Source: Candidatus Hebobacterum abditum
GTDB lineage: Bacteria > Armatimonadota > Hebobacteria > Hebobacterales > Hebobacteraceae
Reading direction: 5' to 3'
DNA: 64,000 bases
NCBI GenBank assembly: GCA_029821875.1
Contig: JALGXW010000027.1
Coordinates: 6,175 to 70,174 of the forward strand
Shown here: positions 52,923-62,407 of the stretch, piece by piece
Layout of the letters: each line of letters opens with the position of its first letter
Numbering within the stretch: position 1 is the stretch's first letter
Notes under the pieces: model-generated
Told to the model about the DNA's origin: nothing
Seen by the model: only the letters and a program-made list of their open reading frames with translations
Database searches by the model: none
Position numbers and translations under genes: made by a program

Positions 52923-54013
52923 AACACCGCGACGTTGACTGGGACTTCGCTGACCTGGGCATGAAGGAGACCCAGGCCTCGACGCACTTCTTCCACCACT
53001 GGACGGCGAAGTTCATCCCGCAGATCCCAAGGCGCCTGATCGAGATGTATGCGCGGCCGGGGGATGTCGTGCTCGACCCGTTCATGGGCTGTGGCACGAC
53101 GCTGGTGGAGGCGGCCAGGCTTGGACACGATACGTGGGGCACCGACATCAACCCCCTGGCGGTGAAGATCGCGCGGGCAAAGACGGCCGGCATCCGGCAC
53201 AAGGTAGTTGGCGAATTCATCGAATGGCTCGACGAGGCCGCCGGGCGCCCTGAGCGTCACCTCGCGAGGTCGCGACACCTTTTCGACGGCAGCGACGAAT
53301 GGTTTCGGGAGGATGTTGCCCGCGCCATCAAGGCCATCCTGAACCGCGCGCGGCGTCTCGGCGGAAACACGCGCAACTTCGTCGAGGTCGGCCTATCCGA
53401 CCTGCTCAAGGGCATGAGCAACGCGCGAATGGATCGGACGATGCCGACACTCCCGGACAGCCCGCGCTATCGTGACAAGAAACACTACCACCGTCCCGTT
53501 GACAACGACACGCGGGAGGTAAATGTCTTCGCTCGCGTGCGAGCCCAGCTTCGTCGGATGGAGCATGCTCTCCGCGAGTTCAGAGACGAGGCGACGGGGA
53601 GTGCTGCCCCGGTCCAGCATGACGCGCGCCGTCTCTGTTCGCTGGGACGAACGGCCCAGGTGGCGATCACCTCCCCGCCGTACTGGAGCGCCCAGAACTA
53701 CCAGAAGCTGCACTCACTCTCGTTTAGGACGCTTGGCCTAAAAGAGCCGGGCCGGGCCGAGATCGGACGGCGCGCACACGACTACCTGCCCGACATGGGC
53801 TCGGTCGTCGAGCAGTTGACCCAGGTGCTGGATGGCTACTTCGCGCTCGTCATCGGGGAATCCCAGGACGGCATACACGAGGCTGTGCGCGACCAGTGCC
53901 TGAGCGCTGGAATGCGGTTGGTGGACACGTCTACCCGGCGTCTGTCGAACCAGGCCTTCTTCGCCAAGGCCGTCAAGCGCGAACTCGTGTACGTGTTCGC
54001 CTGCAGTCGCTAA
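52904..54013 (+). CDS. N4/N6 DNA methyltransferase-like protein (orphan), motif I before motif IV
   Basis: HHWTAKFIPQIPRRLIEMYARPGDVVLDPFMGCGTTLVEA (motif X-I, AdoMet binding, 53085-53111) near the N-terminus and ITSPPYWSAQNY (motif IV, 53672-53683) ~200 aa later. Overlaps mtnP by 19 nt. Confidence 0.6.
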   Translation: MARQAVKHRDVDWDFADLGMKETQASTHFFHHWTAKFIPQIPRRLIEMYARPGDVVLDPFMGCGTTLVEAARLGHDTWGTDINPLAVKIARAKTAGIRHKVVGEFIEWLDEAAGRPERHLARSRHLFDGSDEWFREDVARAIKAILNRARRLGGNTRNFVEVGLSDLLKGMSNARMDRTMPTLPDSPRYRDKKHYHRPVDNDTREVNVFARVRAQLRRMEHALREFRDEATGSAAPVQHDARRLCSLGRTAQVAITSPPYWSAQNYQKLHSLSFRTLGLKEPGRAEIGRRAHDYLPDMGSVVEQLTQVLDGYFALVIGESQDGIHEAVRDQCLSAGMRLVDTSTRRLSNQAFFAKAVKRELVYVFACSR

Positions 54014-55104
54014 TCGGCGGCCCGCCCGCGCCGGACCCTCATCATCTCCTCGAAGCGTTTCTTCGCAAGCTGAGGATTGAGGCGCTCGACCGCCAGGATG
54101 AACCAGTGAGTGGAGGCGCCTGGCTGGTCGAGGGCGATATCGCAGAGCCCGCGGAAGTAGGCCGGTAAGAAGTCGCGCGTGAAGCGTTCGGCGGCAATGC
54201 GCAGAGGCTCGCGCGCCTCCTCATAGCGCCCGCAATCGAACAGCGACGCGCCGAGGGGCAGCGCGATGTCGGCCTCCGCGCGGACCTCCTGAGGGAGGCG
54301 CAGGAACTGCTCGGCCGCGGCCTGCGGATTGCGGGCCTCCAGATAGGCCATCCCCAATCCGGCCGCCGTGTCTTGGAGGTCCGCGCCGGCTTTCTCCGCC
54401 TCCTGCAGCGCGGCTATCGCTTTGTCCCAGTCACGTACGGAGAAGGCTTCCTCTGCCTGCAGCCTCCACCACGCAGCCGGCCCGCGCAGCCGAGCGACGG
54501 GCCACAGCAGGATCCTCCTGACGGCGGAGGCGAATTGGAGCCCTAAGCCGGCGGGGCCCTCCTCCCGCGCGCCTTCGTCCGGCGTGAGCTGCTCGTCGAG
54601 TGATCGCGCCTCATCCGTATGGTCCCACAGGTACTGCTCCGCGAGGGTGAGGAGTCTGGCCTCGAGGCCCTCGTAGCCGTAGAGCATATGCGCGTCGATG
54701 AGCAGAGCGCCCTCTTCAATCCGGCCTGTCGCCAGCATGGCGAGCCCCAAATAGGACCGGACGAGGCGATTCTCCGGGTCAAGCTTGGCGGCAGCGGCGA
54801 ACCCCTTGCGCGCCTCTTCGTAACGCCCGGCGTCGTACTGGATCTGGCCGAGTACGAGCATCGGAGCGTGGCTCCCCGGCGCGAGCTCCACCGCCTGCCT
54901 CGCGGCTCCCACCGCTTCGCCCACCCGTCCCGCTGCGGCGAGCGCCTTCGCACGCTGCACATGTGCGCGGGCGTGCTTCGGGAAGATGGACAGAACGTCA
55001 TCGAAGGCCCTCGCGGCCTCGCCCCCCTTGCCGGAGCGTAGGAGCGAAGTCCCCTTGAAGTAGCGCCGGTCAGCTCGCAGCCAGTCGCTCAGACGCCGGG
55101 TCAT
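54010..55104 (-). CDS. TPR-repeat protein
   Basis: Repeated A-x-x-Y/L...G...EA TPR-like helical repeats. Start chosen at MTRRLSDW (ATG 55104). Confidence 0.55.
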   Translation of the reverse strand: MTRRLSDWLRADRRYFKGTSLLRSGKGGEAARAFDDVLSIFPKHARAHVQRAKALAAAGRVGEAVGAARQAVELAPGSHAPMLVLGQIQYDAGRYEEARKGFAAAAKLDPENRLVRSYLGLAMLATGRIEEGALLIDAHMLYGYEGLEARLLTLAEQYLWDHTDEARSLDEQLTPDEGAREEGPAGLGLQFASAVRRILLWPVARLRGPAAWWRLQAEEAFSVRDWDKAIAALQEAEKAGADLQDTAAGLGMAYLEARNPQAAAEQFLRLPQEVRAEADIALPLGASLFDCGRYEEAREPLRIAAERFTRDFLPAYFRGLCDIALDQPGASTHWFILAVERLNPQLAKKRFEEMMRVRRGRAAD

Positions 55105-55219
55105 GGTCCCCGGCCTTCGGCGCTCCTCGCCCCCACTCCCCCCGAGGGCCGCCGGCCCCCCGCGAATATTCGTTTGGTGAGGGGTCTCTTGATGTGGCAT
55201 AACAGACCGGGAGTGGAAC

Positions 55220-56590
55220 ATGAGCCGGTCCACGCGAGCGCGCCGCGGTTCCATGCCGCGGCTTCTTCTGTCTGTGATAGCCTGCTTCTGCGTGGCCCTG
55301 TGCAGCGGTGCCTCAGCGCTTGCCGCGCGCACGGTGACGGCCGTCGAGGTGAGAAGCGAGGCCCACGGCGCCGTAGTAGCCATCTCGACGGCCGAGGCCG
55401 GCAAGCTGGAGCTCGATTCCTTCGTCCTCACCGAGCCACCGAGACTGGTGTTCGATCTCCCGAGTGCCATGCTCGACCCCGAGTTGCCGGATACGCTCCC
55501 CGTCGAGTCACTTCGCTTCAACCAGATCCGTCTTGGTCAGTTCAGCGTCGAGCCGGAGGTGGCACGGCTGGTCGTGGATCTGAGCCGCCGCGATCCGCCG
55601 GTTACCTGGGAGCTTCTGCCGGGAGACGGGGAATGTGAATCGCTCTTGTTGCTCCACGATCCAGAGGTCACGATGCTCGCCGAGCCTGTGGTCTCGCTCT
55701 CCGAGGGAGCGCTGCTGGTTCGCGTGCCGGGGGCGGGAGCGCTCGAGCGTTCCGTTGGCGAAGCGGACGATCCGCCCAGGATATACCTTGACCTGACTGG
55801 CGGAGCCGTAGGGGAGGGGCTGGAAGTCGACTGCATACAGGAGCCACTGCGCCAGATTCGCTCGGGCCAGCAGGAACCGGTTGAGGGCCGCCCGGTCGCG
55901 CGGATCGTGCTCGAATTCGGCACTCGGCAGGCCTATGCCGTCTTCTCAGAAGAGGCCGACTTAGTGATCGCGGCCGGCCCTCATGCCTGGGCTCTGCCGC
56001 TGCCCAAGTACGAGGGCACCGGCAAGCTCCGCCGGAAGAAGATCGTTCTTGACCCAGGGCACGGAGGCGACGACATCGGCGCGCCCGCGGCATTCGGCTC
56101 GCCGCCCGGCGGCCCCTACGAGAAGGATATCGTGCTCGACATCGGACATCGGCTCGCCCGGCTTCTGGAGACGGAGGGCGCCCGCGTGACGATGACCCGG
56201 AAAGACGACAGCTACATCTCGCTCCACGAGAGAGCCGCCATCCCGAACCGGCTGAGGGCGGACGCGCTCGTCAGCATTCACTGCAATTCCTATGACCGCC
56301 CGAACACGCTCTGCGGAACCAGCGTCTACTACGATCATCGCCACAGCATACGCTTCGCAGAACTGGTCCACGAAGAGCTCATAGCAGCACTGGGCACGGA
56401 AAGCAAGGGTGTGCGGAACGCCAACTACGCGGTCATTCGCCGGGCGAAGGTCCCGGGCGTTCTCGTCGAGACCGCCTACATCAACCACGACGAAGATCGG
56501 GAGCGGCTCGTCCATCCCAACTTCCGCGAGCGAGCGGCCCGGGCGATACTGCAGGGGCTGATTCGCTTCCTGTGCGGGGAGTCTGGCTGA
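55220..56590 (+). CDS. N-acetylmuramoyl-L-alanine amidase (Amidase_3, AmiC-like) with N-terminal AMIN-like domains
   Basis: IVLDPGHGGDD, ISIHCNS, VLVETAYINH zinc-amidase motifs. Signal peptide. Confidence 0.8.
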   Translation: MSRSTRARRGSMPRLLLSVIACFCVALCSGASALAARTVTAVEVRSEAHGAVVAISTAEAGKLELDSFVLTEPPRLVFDLPSAMLDPELPDTLPVESLRFNQIRLGQFSVEPEVARLVVDLSRRDPPVTWELLPGDGECESLLLLHDPEVTMLAEPVVSLSEGALLVRVPGAGALERSVGEADDPPRIYLDLTGGAVGEGLEVDCIQEPLRQIRSGQQEPVEGRPVARIVLEFGTRQAYAVFSEEADLVIAAGPHAWALPLPKYEGTGKLRRKKIVLDPGHGGDDIGAPAAFGSPPGGPYEKDIVLDIGHRLARLLETEGARVTMTRKDDSYISLHERAAIPNRLRADALVSIHCNSYDRPNTLCGTSVYYDHRHSIRFAELVHEELIAALGTESKGVRNANYAVIRRAKVPGVLVETAYINHDEDRERLVHPNFRERAARAILQGLIRFLCGESG

Positions 56591-57204
56591 GGGGGCATAG
56601 CGTGAGTGGCCCGCGCAGGGAACTCTCAGCCTACCGTGTCGGGCTGGCTCTGCTCGCCGCCGCCGTCCTCGTGCTGGGCATGGCTCTCTGGCGAATCTAC
56701 CCCGAGTATCGCAGCCTGAAGGCGGAGAAGCCCGTCGCTCCCGCTCCCGCCGACAAGACCGAACGGACTGAGGCGAGCAAGCCCGTCGTCGCGCAGCTCT
56801 ACTTCGCTCGCGTGGTGGATGGCAAGCAGCGGATGGTCGCGATCTCGCGGGAGCTGCCGCCCGGACTCGGTGTGGCGCGCTCAACGCTGGAGGAGCTGCT
56901 GCGCGGGGAAGTCCCGCGAGGGTGTGATCGGCCGCTGCCGCCCGGCACGGAGCTGCTTGGCATCAGTATCGAGGAGGAAGTGGCCACGCTCGACTTCAGT
57001 GGCGAACTGCGCGAGGGGTTCAGAGGCGGCTCCGACAACGAGCAAGTGACGGTCTACTCAATCGTCAACACACTCACGTCGCTGCCCACCATCGAGCGCG
57101 TCCGCATCCTGGTGGAAGGCCGAAGCATCAACACGCTCGGCGGCCATCACGACATCAGCAGGCCGCTCGCCTTCGACGATGAGCTCGTCGCGCCGCACTC
57201 CTGA
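56572..57204 (+). CDS. GerMN-domain protein (membrane-anchored)
   Basis: TM anchor then GerMN-like region (VYSIVNTLTSLPTIERVRILVEG). Typical amidase neighbour. Confidence 0.6.
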   Translation: MRGVWLRGHSVSGPRRELSAYRVGLALLAAAVLVLGMALWRIYPEYRSLKAEKPVAPAPADKTERTEASKPVVAQLYFARVVDGKQRMVAISRELPPGLGVARSTLEELLRGEVPRGCDRPLPPGTELLGISIEEEVATLDFSGELREGFRGGSDNEQVTVYSIVNTLTSLPTIERVRILVEGRSINTLGGHHDISRPLAFDDELVAPHS

Positions 57205-57222
57205 CCTGCCGGGCCGGGCAGG

Positions 57223-58557
57223 TCACGCCTCGCCGCTAGCCACGCGTGCCGAGGCCACGCGGATCGTGGGCAGCACCATCCCCGGTTCTTTCCGGTAGTC
57301 CGAGGAGATGGCGTCGATGCGGGCGAGCATCTCGAGCGCATGACCTGCCACCATCGTGTTCTGGAGTGGATAGGTCAGCTCCCCCTTCTCGATCTTGAAC
57401 CCCGCGTCCACCAGAGCGGATATCTGGCCGGAGGCAGTGTCGGGTGATGGGTTTCCGAGAACGACGTAGATGCCCTCCTCCACTTCGCCAATCAACTCCG
57501 CAGCGGCCCTCCCCCCGAGTTTCGGGCGGATGTTGGTGGGGGCAATTCCAACGCGAGTGGCGTGGCCGGTGTTATGCTCCCCCGACTTGTTCGCGGTGTA
57601 GTGACTGTGCAGGTATGTCTTGAGGATCCCGCCGTCCACGAGTGTCACCTGCTTGTGCGGAAAGCCGTCGCCGTCGAATGGGGATGACGATAGTCCGCCC
57701 GGGATCAGAGGATCATCAACCAGCGTGAGGTGCTCGGAGGCGATTCTGTCGCCTCGCCTCCCGACCAGGAAGGATCGCTTGCGCTGGACATCCTCCGCGC
57801 TGGCCGCCCCGCAGAGCCCGAGAATGAGGCCGCGACCGGCCAGCGGGCCGAAGATGACGGGAAGCGTAGCAGTCCGGATCGGCCGGCTCCTCAAGTACCT
57901 GGCAGCCTCGGCGGCGGCGCGTGCACCCAGTTCACCAGGCTCCAGGTCCTTCAAGCGGCGGGCGGCATCCCACTCGTAGAAGGACCCCACGTCCCCGTTG
58001 CGCCTGATGACGACCTGCACGGACACGGAAGCGTGGGTAGCCTGCTCCGTAGCCTTAACGCCTAGGGAGTTGACAAGCGCCGCCTGCCGCCAGCTCGATT
58101 CCGCCCAGCCGCTCACAATGGCATCAGACGCGAATGAGAGTGCAGAGTCGATGTTCTGGGTTATCCAGGAGGCGACTTCAGGAGCGCTGAGCGAGGCCAC
58201 CTTCTCGTCATAGAGCCCGGCCACCTCCGGGTAGGATGCCGGGCCGACAAGGGACACGAAATCCGGGTCGGGCTCTGCGCCCTTGGCAAGCTCGGCCGCC
58301 TTCAGCCCGGCCTCCTCCGCGTTCGCCTCCGAAGTGGCGGAGACGCTCCACCACCCGGTCCCGCCCGAGACGAAGGCGCGAACCGACACAGACGCTGTGC
58401 TCCGCGCCTCGGTCGAGTCGACAGCATTCTTCTCCACCGACACCGATAGGTCCCGGCCCCTCTCGACCAAGACATCCGCGAACTCCGCGCCGGCCTTGAC
58501 CGCTCTGTCGCACGCGATCTCAGCGGTTCTCAGCAGATCATCCATAAGATGCTCCAC
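57223..58557 (-). CDS. TldE/PmbA family metallopeptidase modulator
   Basis: PmbA_TldD family length/pattern. Start ATG abuts the TldD stop. Confidence 0.7.
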   Translation of the reverse strand: MEHLMDDLLRTAEIACDRAVKAGAEFADVLVERGRDLSVSVEKNAVDSTEARSTASVSVRAFVSGGTGWWSVSATSEANAEEAGLKAAELAKGAEPDPDFVSLVGPASYPEVAGLYDEKVASLSAPEVASWITQNIDSALSFASDAIVSGWAESSWRQAALVNSLGVKATEQATHASVSVQVVIRRNGDVGSFYEWDAARRLKDLEPGELGARAAAEAARYLRSRPIRTATLPVIFGPLAGRGLILGLCGAASAEDVQRKRSFLVGRRGDRIASEHLTLVDDPLIPGGLSSSPFDGDGFPHKQVTLVDGGILKTYLHSHYTANKSGEHNTGHATRVGIAPTNIRPKLGGRAAAELIGEVEEGIYVVLGNPSPDTASGQISALVDAGFKIEKGELTYPLQNTMVAGHALEMLARIDAISSDYRKEPGMVLPTIRVASARVASGEA

Positions 58558-60081
58558 TCACGCCTGGCCCCCGACGACGATCTCGCGGACCTTTATGTAC
58601 GGCCCCCCACCGTTGACGGGCATCCCCTGGCCGTTCTTGCCGCAGTTGCCCGGCATGTCCAGCTCGAAGTCGCGACTGACCGCCAACGCGTTCGCGAGCG
58701 TCGCCAGCACCAGGCCGGACACTGACACGTCTCTGACTTGCTCCGCGAGCTGTCCGTTGCGCACCATGATGCCTTCGCCCGCGTGGCACGTGTATTGCCC
58801 CTTTTCGCACCAGACGTAGCCCCACTGCCCGGCCTGTAGGAGAACACCCAGATCGATATCGCGGATCAGCTCTCCCAGCGATGACTCGCCGGGCAAGATC
58901 ATCGTGTTGCTCATGCGGACGATCGGTCGGTGAGAGAATCCGTCGGCGCGAGCAGAGCCCGTCGGCTCGACCCCCATCTTGCCCGCCGTCTCCAGTGAGT
59001 GCAGGAACCCCTTCAGCACGCCCTTCTCCACCAGCACCCGACGCCGGCCGGGCGTTCCCTCGGAGTCGTAGTGATAGGAACCCCAGGAGCCAGGCACATC
59101 TGAGTCGTCCACCACGGTTATGCAGTCGGCGGCAACCTGGGATCCGAGCTTCCCCTCGAGGATGGACTGGCCGGCCAGGACGTGGTCGGCCTCTATGTTA
59201 TGTCCCAGTGCCTCGTGCACAAGCAGCCCGGCGATCGAAGGGTGGAAGACGGCCGGGAAGTTCCCGGCGGGAGCTGGCGGCGCCGACAGCAGCGACACCG
59301 CCCGGTCGGCCGCCTTCACGCTCAACTCCTGCGCGGGGGTGCGCTCCACGATCTCGAAACCGGCCTGTCCGGCGCGGGTCTCGCGGCTCCGCTGTCGCAG
59401 ATCGCCATCTTGCGCGGTAATCGCATGCCAGACGAGAGTCCTCACGGTCTCGGAGGAGACAAGCGTGCCGCGAGTGTTGCACACGATCTCCACCTGCCGG
59501 GCGTCGTTGTACCCAGTCATGAGGTTGGCGACCGAGTCCCCGGCGCGCTTCGCCGACGCTTCTTCGTACCCGCGTACGGCGGCCAGCTTCCGGTCGAGGG
59601 AAACGCCGGTCGGGTCGATGTCGAAGCTCGTCGTGGTGTCATCGGTCACCGCCTCGGCCTCCGGGAGAACGACGGGCTCTTCCAACCGAGAGGCCGTGAC
59701 CCTGGCCATGTCGAGCGCATCGCCGAGACTCGACAGCCAGTCGGACTCGGAGAGGGATTCGGTGCTGCCAAACCCCCAGGCCCCGGCCGACAGGACGCGC
59801 ACTCCCATCCCGGCGCGTCTACCGGCCCCCACGCGGTCAGCGCGACCGTCCTGCAGCATCAGGCCACTATGGTTCGCGGCCGCGTACCGGACCTCAGCGA
59901 ACTCGACCTCCCTGCGGAGGGCCTCGTCGCGGACACGTTCGAGTTGCTTCTTGGCAAGGTCAGTGTTCATCTGCGCGCCCCGACGAGTACTACTGCGCCC
60001 GACGGCGCTTTCCCTACCTCTCGGAGTTCGGGTAACATAGGGCTGAAGGCATAGGAGGGATACTAGGTGCGGTATATCCAT
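58558..60081 (-). CDS. tldD: TldD family metalloprotease
   Basis: HEALGHNIEAD zinc-binding motif. C-terminal GxC...GG pattern. Confidence 0.8.
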   Translation of the reverse strand: MDIPHLVSLLCLQPYVTRTPRGRESAVGRSSTRRGAQMNTDLAKKQLERVRDEALRREVEFAEVRYAAANHSGLMLQDGRADRVGAGRRAGMGVRVLSAGAWGFGSTESLSESDWLSSLGDALDMARVTASRLEEPVVLPEAEAVTDDTTTSFDIDPTGVSLDRKLAAVRGYEEASAKRAGDSVANLMTGYNDARQVEIVCNTRGTLVSSETVRTLVWHAITAQDGDLRQRSRETRAGQAGFEIVERTPAQELSVKAADRAVSLLSAPPAPAGNFPAVFHPSIAGLLVHEALGHNIEADHVLAGQSILEGKLGSQVAADCITVVDDSDVPGSWGSYHYDSEGTPGRRRVLVEKGVLKGFLHSLETAGKMGVEPTGSARADGFSHRPIVRMSNTMILPGESSLGELIRDIDLGVLLQAGQWGYVWCEKGQYTCHAGEGIMVRNGQLAEQVRDVSVSGLVLATLANALAVSRDFELDMPGNCGKNGQGMPVNGGGPYIKVREIVVGGQA

Positions 60082-60089
60082 CTTGGAGG

Positions 60090-60824
60090 ATGGCCATGCG
60101 TCTCATTCAAGTCATGCTGCTGTTGATCTCTCTGTGCCTCGTGGGTGGCTGCGAGAACCCGCTGGAGATCGATCGAGAGACGGAGATCGAGATCGGGCGC
60201 CAGGGCGCGGCCGACATCGAGGCCAAGTACGGCGTAGTCAAGAACGCCGAGATGCAGCAGAGACTCGACTCGATCGGGCCGCGCGTGGCCGCCGTCTCGC
60301 AGGACCCGTCGCTCCCCTGGACCTTCAAGATACTCAACACGAATGAGGTGAACGCGGCTGCGCTTCCCGGCGGGTTCATCTACGCCACGAAGGGGATGAT
60401 GCAGTATGTCAAGAACGATGACCAGCTCGCTGGGGTGATGGCACATGAGGTTGTGCACGCGGACCACCACCACGCCAAGTCGGCCATTGAGGAGCACATG
60501 ACGCAGGCCCTGCTCGTGGAGTTGATCACGCAGAAGAGTTCGGACTCGATCCGCCAGGCCGCCGCCATCGCCCTCGACCTCGACCTGCGGCAGGGGTACC
60601 GCGAGAAGGAGTACGAGGCAGATCGGTTCGGCACCGAGTACGCGTTTCGAGCCGGCTATCGAGCGAATGGGCTGCGCGATCTCCTCGAGTCGATGCACGA
60701 GGATGAGGGCGACCCAGCGCGCATCACCTGGCTCCTCCAAAGTCACCCGCCGCTGTCAAAGCGCATTCAACGGCTGAACGAGCACATCCCGACACTGACA
60801 GGGAAGCCCGTGGCGGGCACCTGA
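60090..60824 (+). CDS. M48-family zinc metallopeptidase lipoprotein (LoiP/BepA-like)
   Basis: Lipobox-like LVGGC, HEVVHADHHH zinc motif, downstream E. Confidence 0.75.
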   Translation: MAMRLIQVMLLLISLCLVGGCENPLEIDRETEIEIGRQGAADIEAKYGVVKNAEMQQRLDSIGPRVAAVSQDPSLPWTFKILNTNEVNAAALPGGFIYATKGMMQYVKNDDQLAGVMAHEVVHADHHHAKSAIEEHMTQALLVELITQKSSDSIRQAAAIALDLDLRQGYREKEYEADRFGTEYAFRAGYRANGLRDLLESMHEDEGDPARITWLLQSHPPLSKRIQRLNEHIPTLTGKPVAGT

Positions 60825-60826
60825 GC

Positions 60827-61093
60827 CTACGTGTGTCCGGCCTCCTCCTCGTGTTCGACCTCCTGACTGCGCTCTATGAAGGCAGTCTCTCGCTGCCATC
60901 CCTGCATGGGGTAGAACTCGACGGGCTTCGAACCTCGGTAGCACACGATGCCAGCCGTACCGTTCTCGAGCGATACGTAGAGCGTCTTGGGGGAGCATGC
61001 CGTCTCCCTGAGCTCAATGCTGGCCGCCTTCGCCAGCCGGACACCGCTCCTCCATGAGGAGACACAGCAAAGCGCCGCGGAGCACGGCTCCAC
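60827..61093 (-). CDS. Small hypothetical protein (88 aa)
   Basis: ORF only. Protein-like composition (KTLYVSLENGTAGIVCYRGSKPVEFY). Tandem with the GyrA-CTD-like ORF. Confidence 0.2.
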   Translation of the reverse strand: MEPCSAALCCVSSWRSGVRLAKAASIELRETACSPKTLYVSLENGTAGIVCYRGSKPVEFYPMQGWQRETAFIERSQEVEHEEEAGHT

Positions 61094-61162
61094 GGCGCCA
61101 GAACATCCGCCCGGATGTTTGCCGGGTCGGATCCTGCCTACACTCCGTTGGGGCGCTCTGCT

Positions 61163-61456
61163 CTACAGAGCTGTGGCTGCGACGACCTTGTCGCCCTCCT
61201 TCAGCCGGATGCCGCGGACGCCCTGGGCGCCCCGGCCCATGCTCCGCAGGTCGCTGGCCGCAAACTTGATAGCGGTGCCACCGGCGGTCACGACCATCAC
61301 GCTCTGCTCCGTCGCCAGCTTGACCGCAGCCACCACCCGGTCACCGGGTGCGACCCCCATAGCAGTGATCCCGCCCCCTCCGCGGCCCTGCTGACGGAAC
61401 TCGTCGGCAGAGGTCCGCTTGACCATGCCGTTCGCCGTCACGATCACGACGTCCAT
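61163..61456 (-). CDS. Mini-protein with two DNA gyrase/topo IV C-terminal beta-pinwheel blade motifs (GyrA-CTD-like), 97 aa
   Basis: RQQGRGGGGITAMGV and SMGRGAQGVRGIRLKEGDKVV resemble the Q(G)RGGKG-V-x-G blade signature of GyrA C-terminal repeats. Confidence 0.45.
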   Translation of the reverse strand: MDVVIVTANGMVKRTSADEFRQQGRGGGGITAMGVAPGDRVVAAVKLATEQSVMVVTAGGTAIKFAASDLRSMGRGAQGVRGIRLKEGDKVVAATAL

Positions 61457-61802
61457 TTTCGCACGCCTCCTTTTCGGGGTCTTCTGCCCCCTGTGTTCCG
61501 CAGAGAAGCTACCACACGGCTCCAGAACGTTCTAACGCCGATTTCGACGTATTTCGGCTCAGAAGGGCGTTTCCAGGGCGCCTCAGCGTTCGAACGCCCG
61601 CGGCGCTGGCTCCGCGCTCTGACGGCAGAACGGGAAGCAGGTTCGAGCCTGGATGCGCTCGGGGAGCAGGGCCTCCGGCGGCCCGTTTCTCCAGAACGCC
61701 CCCAGAACGCCCTCAGAGCGCTTCTTCGACTTCTTCCGCAGGTGCGGCCGATCCCGACGAAGAAGCACAGCGGCATCAACAGCAGCCTCAGGAGCAGCCC
61801 AA

Positions 61803-62378
61803 ATGACCTCCAGACGGGGAGAGCGGTACGTGGGCCCCTACGAAGTACTGATGTCGCGCCCGGTCTATGAGAATCCCTGGATTCGGGTCCGGGAGGACCA
61901 GGTCAGGCACAGATCCGGTGAGGAGGCGACGTATGGTGTCGTGGCCATGAAACCGGGCGTCACCGTCCTTCCGATGGAGGATGACGGTAGCGTCCACCTC
62001 GTCAGGGAGTTCAAGTACGCTGTGGGGCAGTCGACCTTGGAAGCCGTGAGCGGGGCCATCGAGTCCGGCGAGACGCCCGAACAGGCCGGCCTGCGTGAGA
62101 TCGGGGAGGAGGTCGGCCTGGTCGCCTCGGAATGGGTCGATATGGGGCTGGTCCACCCGTTCACGACCGTGGTCCATTCGGCCAATCACATGTTCCTCGC
62201 CCGGAAGCTCTCCAGGATCCGCCGGCACACGCAGACCCAGGAGGAGATCCAGGCCGTGAAGATGCCGTTCGAGGAAGCCCTGGAGGCAGTGCTGAAGGGG
62301 GAGATAGTCCACGGCGCGTCGTGTGTGCTGGTTCTGAAGACGCACCTGTACCTGAGTGGTTCTCCGCGTAGGCAGTAG
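61803..62378 (+). CDS. NUDIX hydrolase
   Basis: Nudix box GAIESGETPEQAGLREIGEEVG (GX5EX7REUXEEXGU). Confidence 0.75.
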   Translation: MTSRRGERYVGPYEVLMSRPVYENPWIRVREDQVRHRSGEEATYGVVAMKPGVTVLPMEDDGSVHLVREFKYAVGQSTLEAVSGAIESGETPEQAGLREIGEEVGLVASEWVDMGLVHPFTTVVHSANHMFLARKLSRIRRHTQTQEEIQAVKMPFEEALEAVLKGEIVHGASCVLVLKTHLYLSGSPRRQ

Positions 62379-62407
62379 AGGGAGTGCGCCGGCGGGTGCC
62401 TGGCGTG

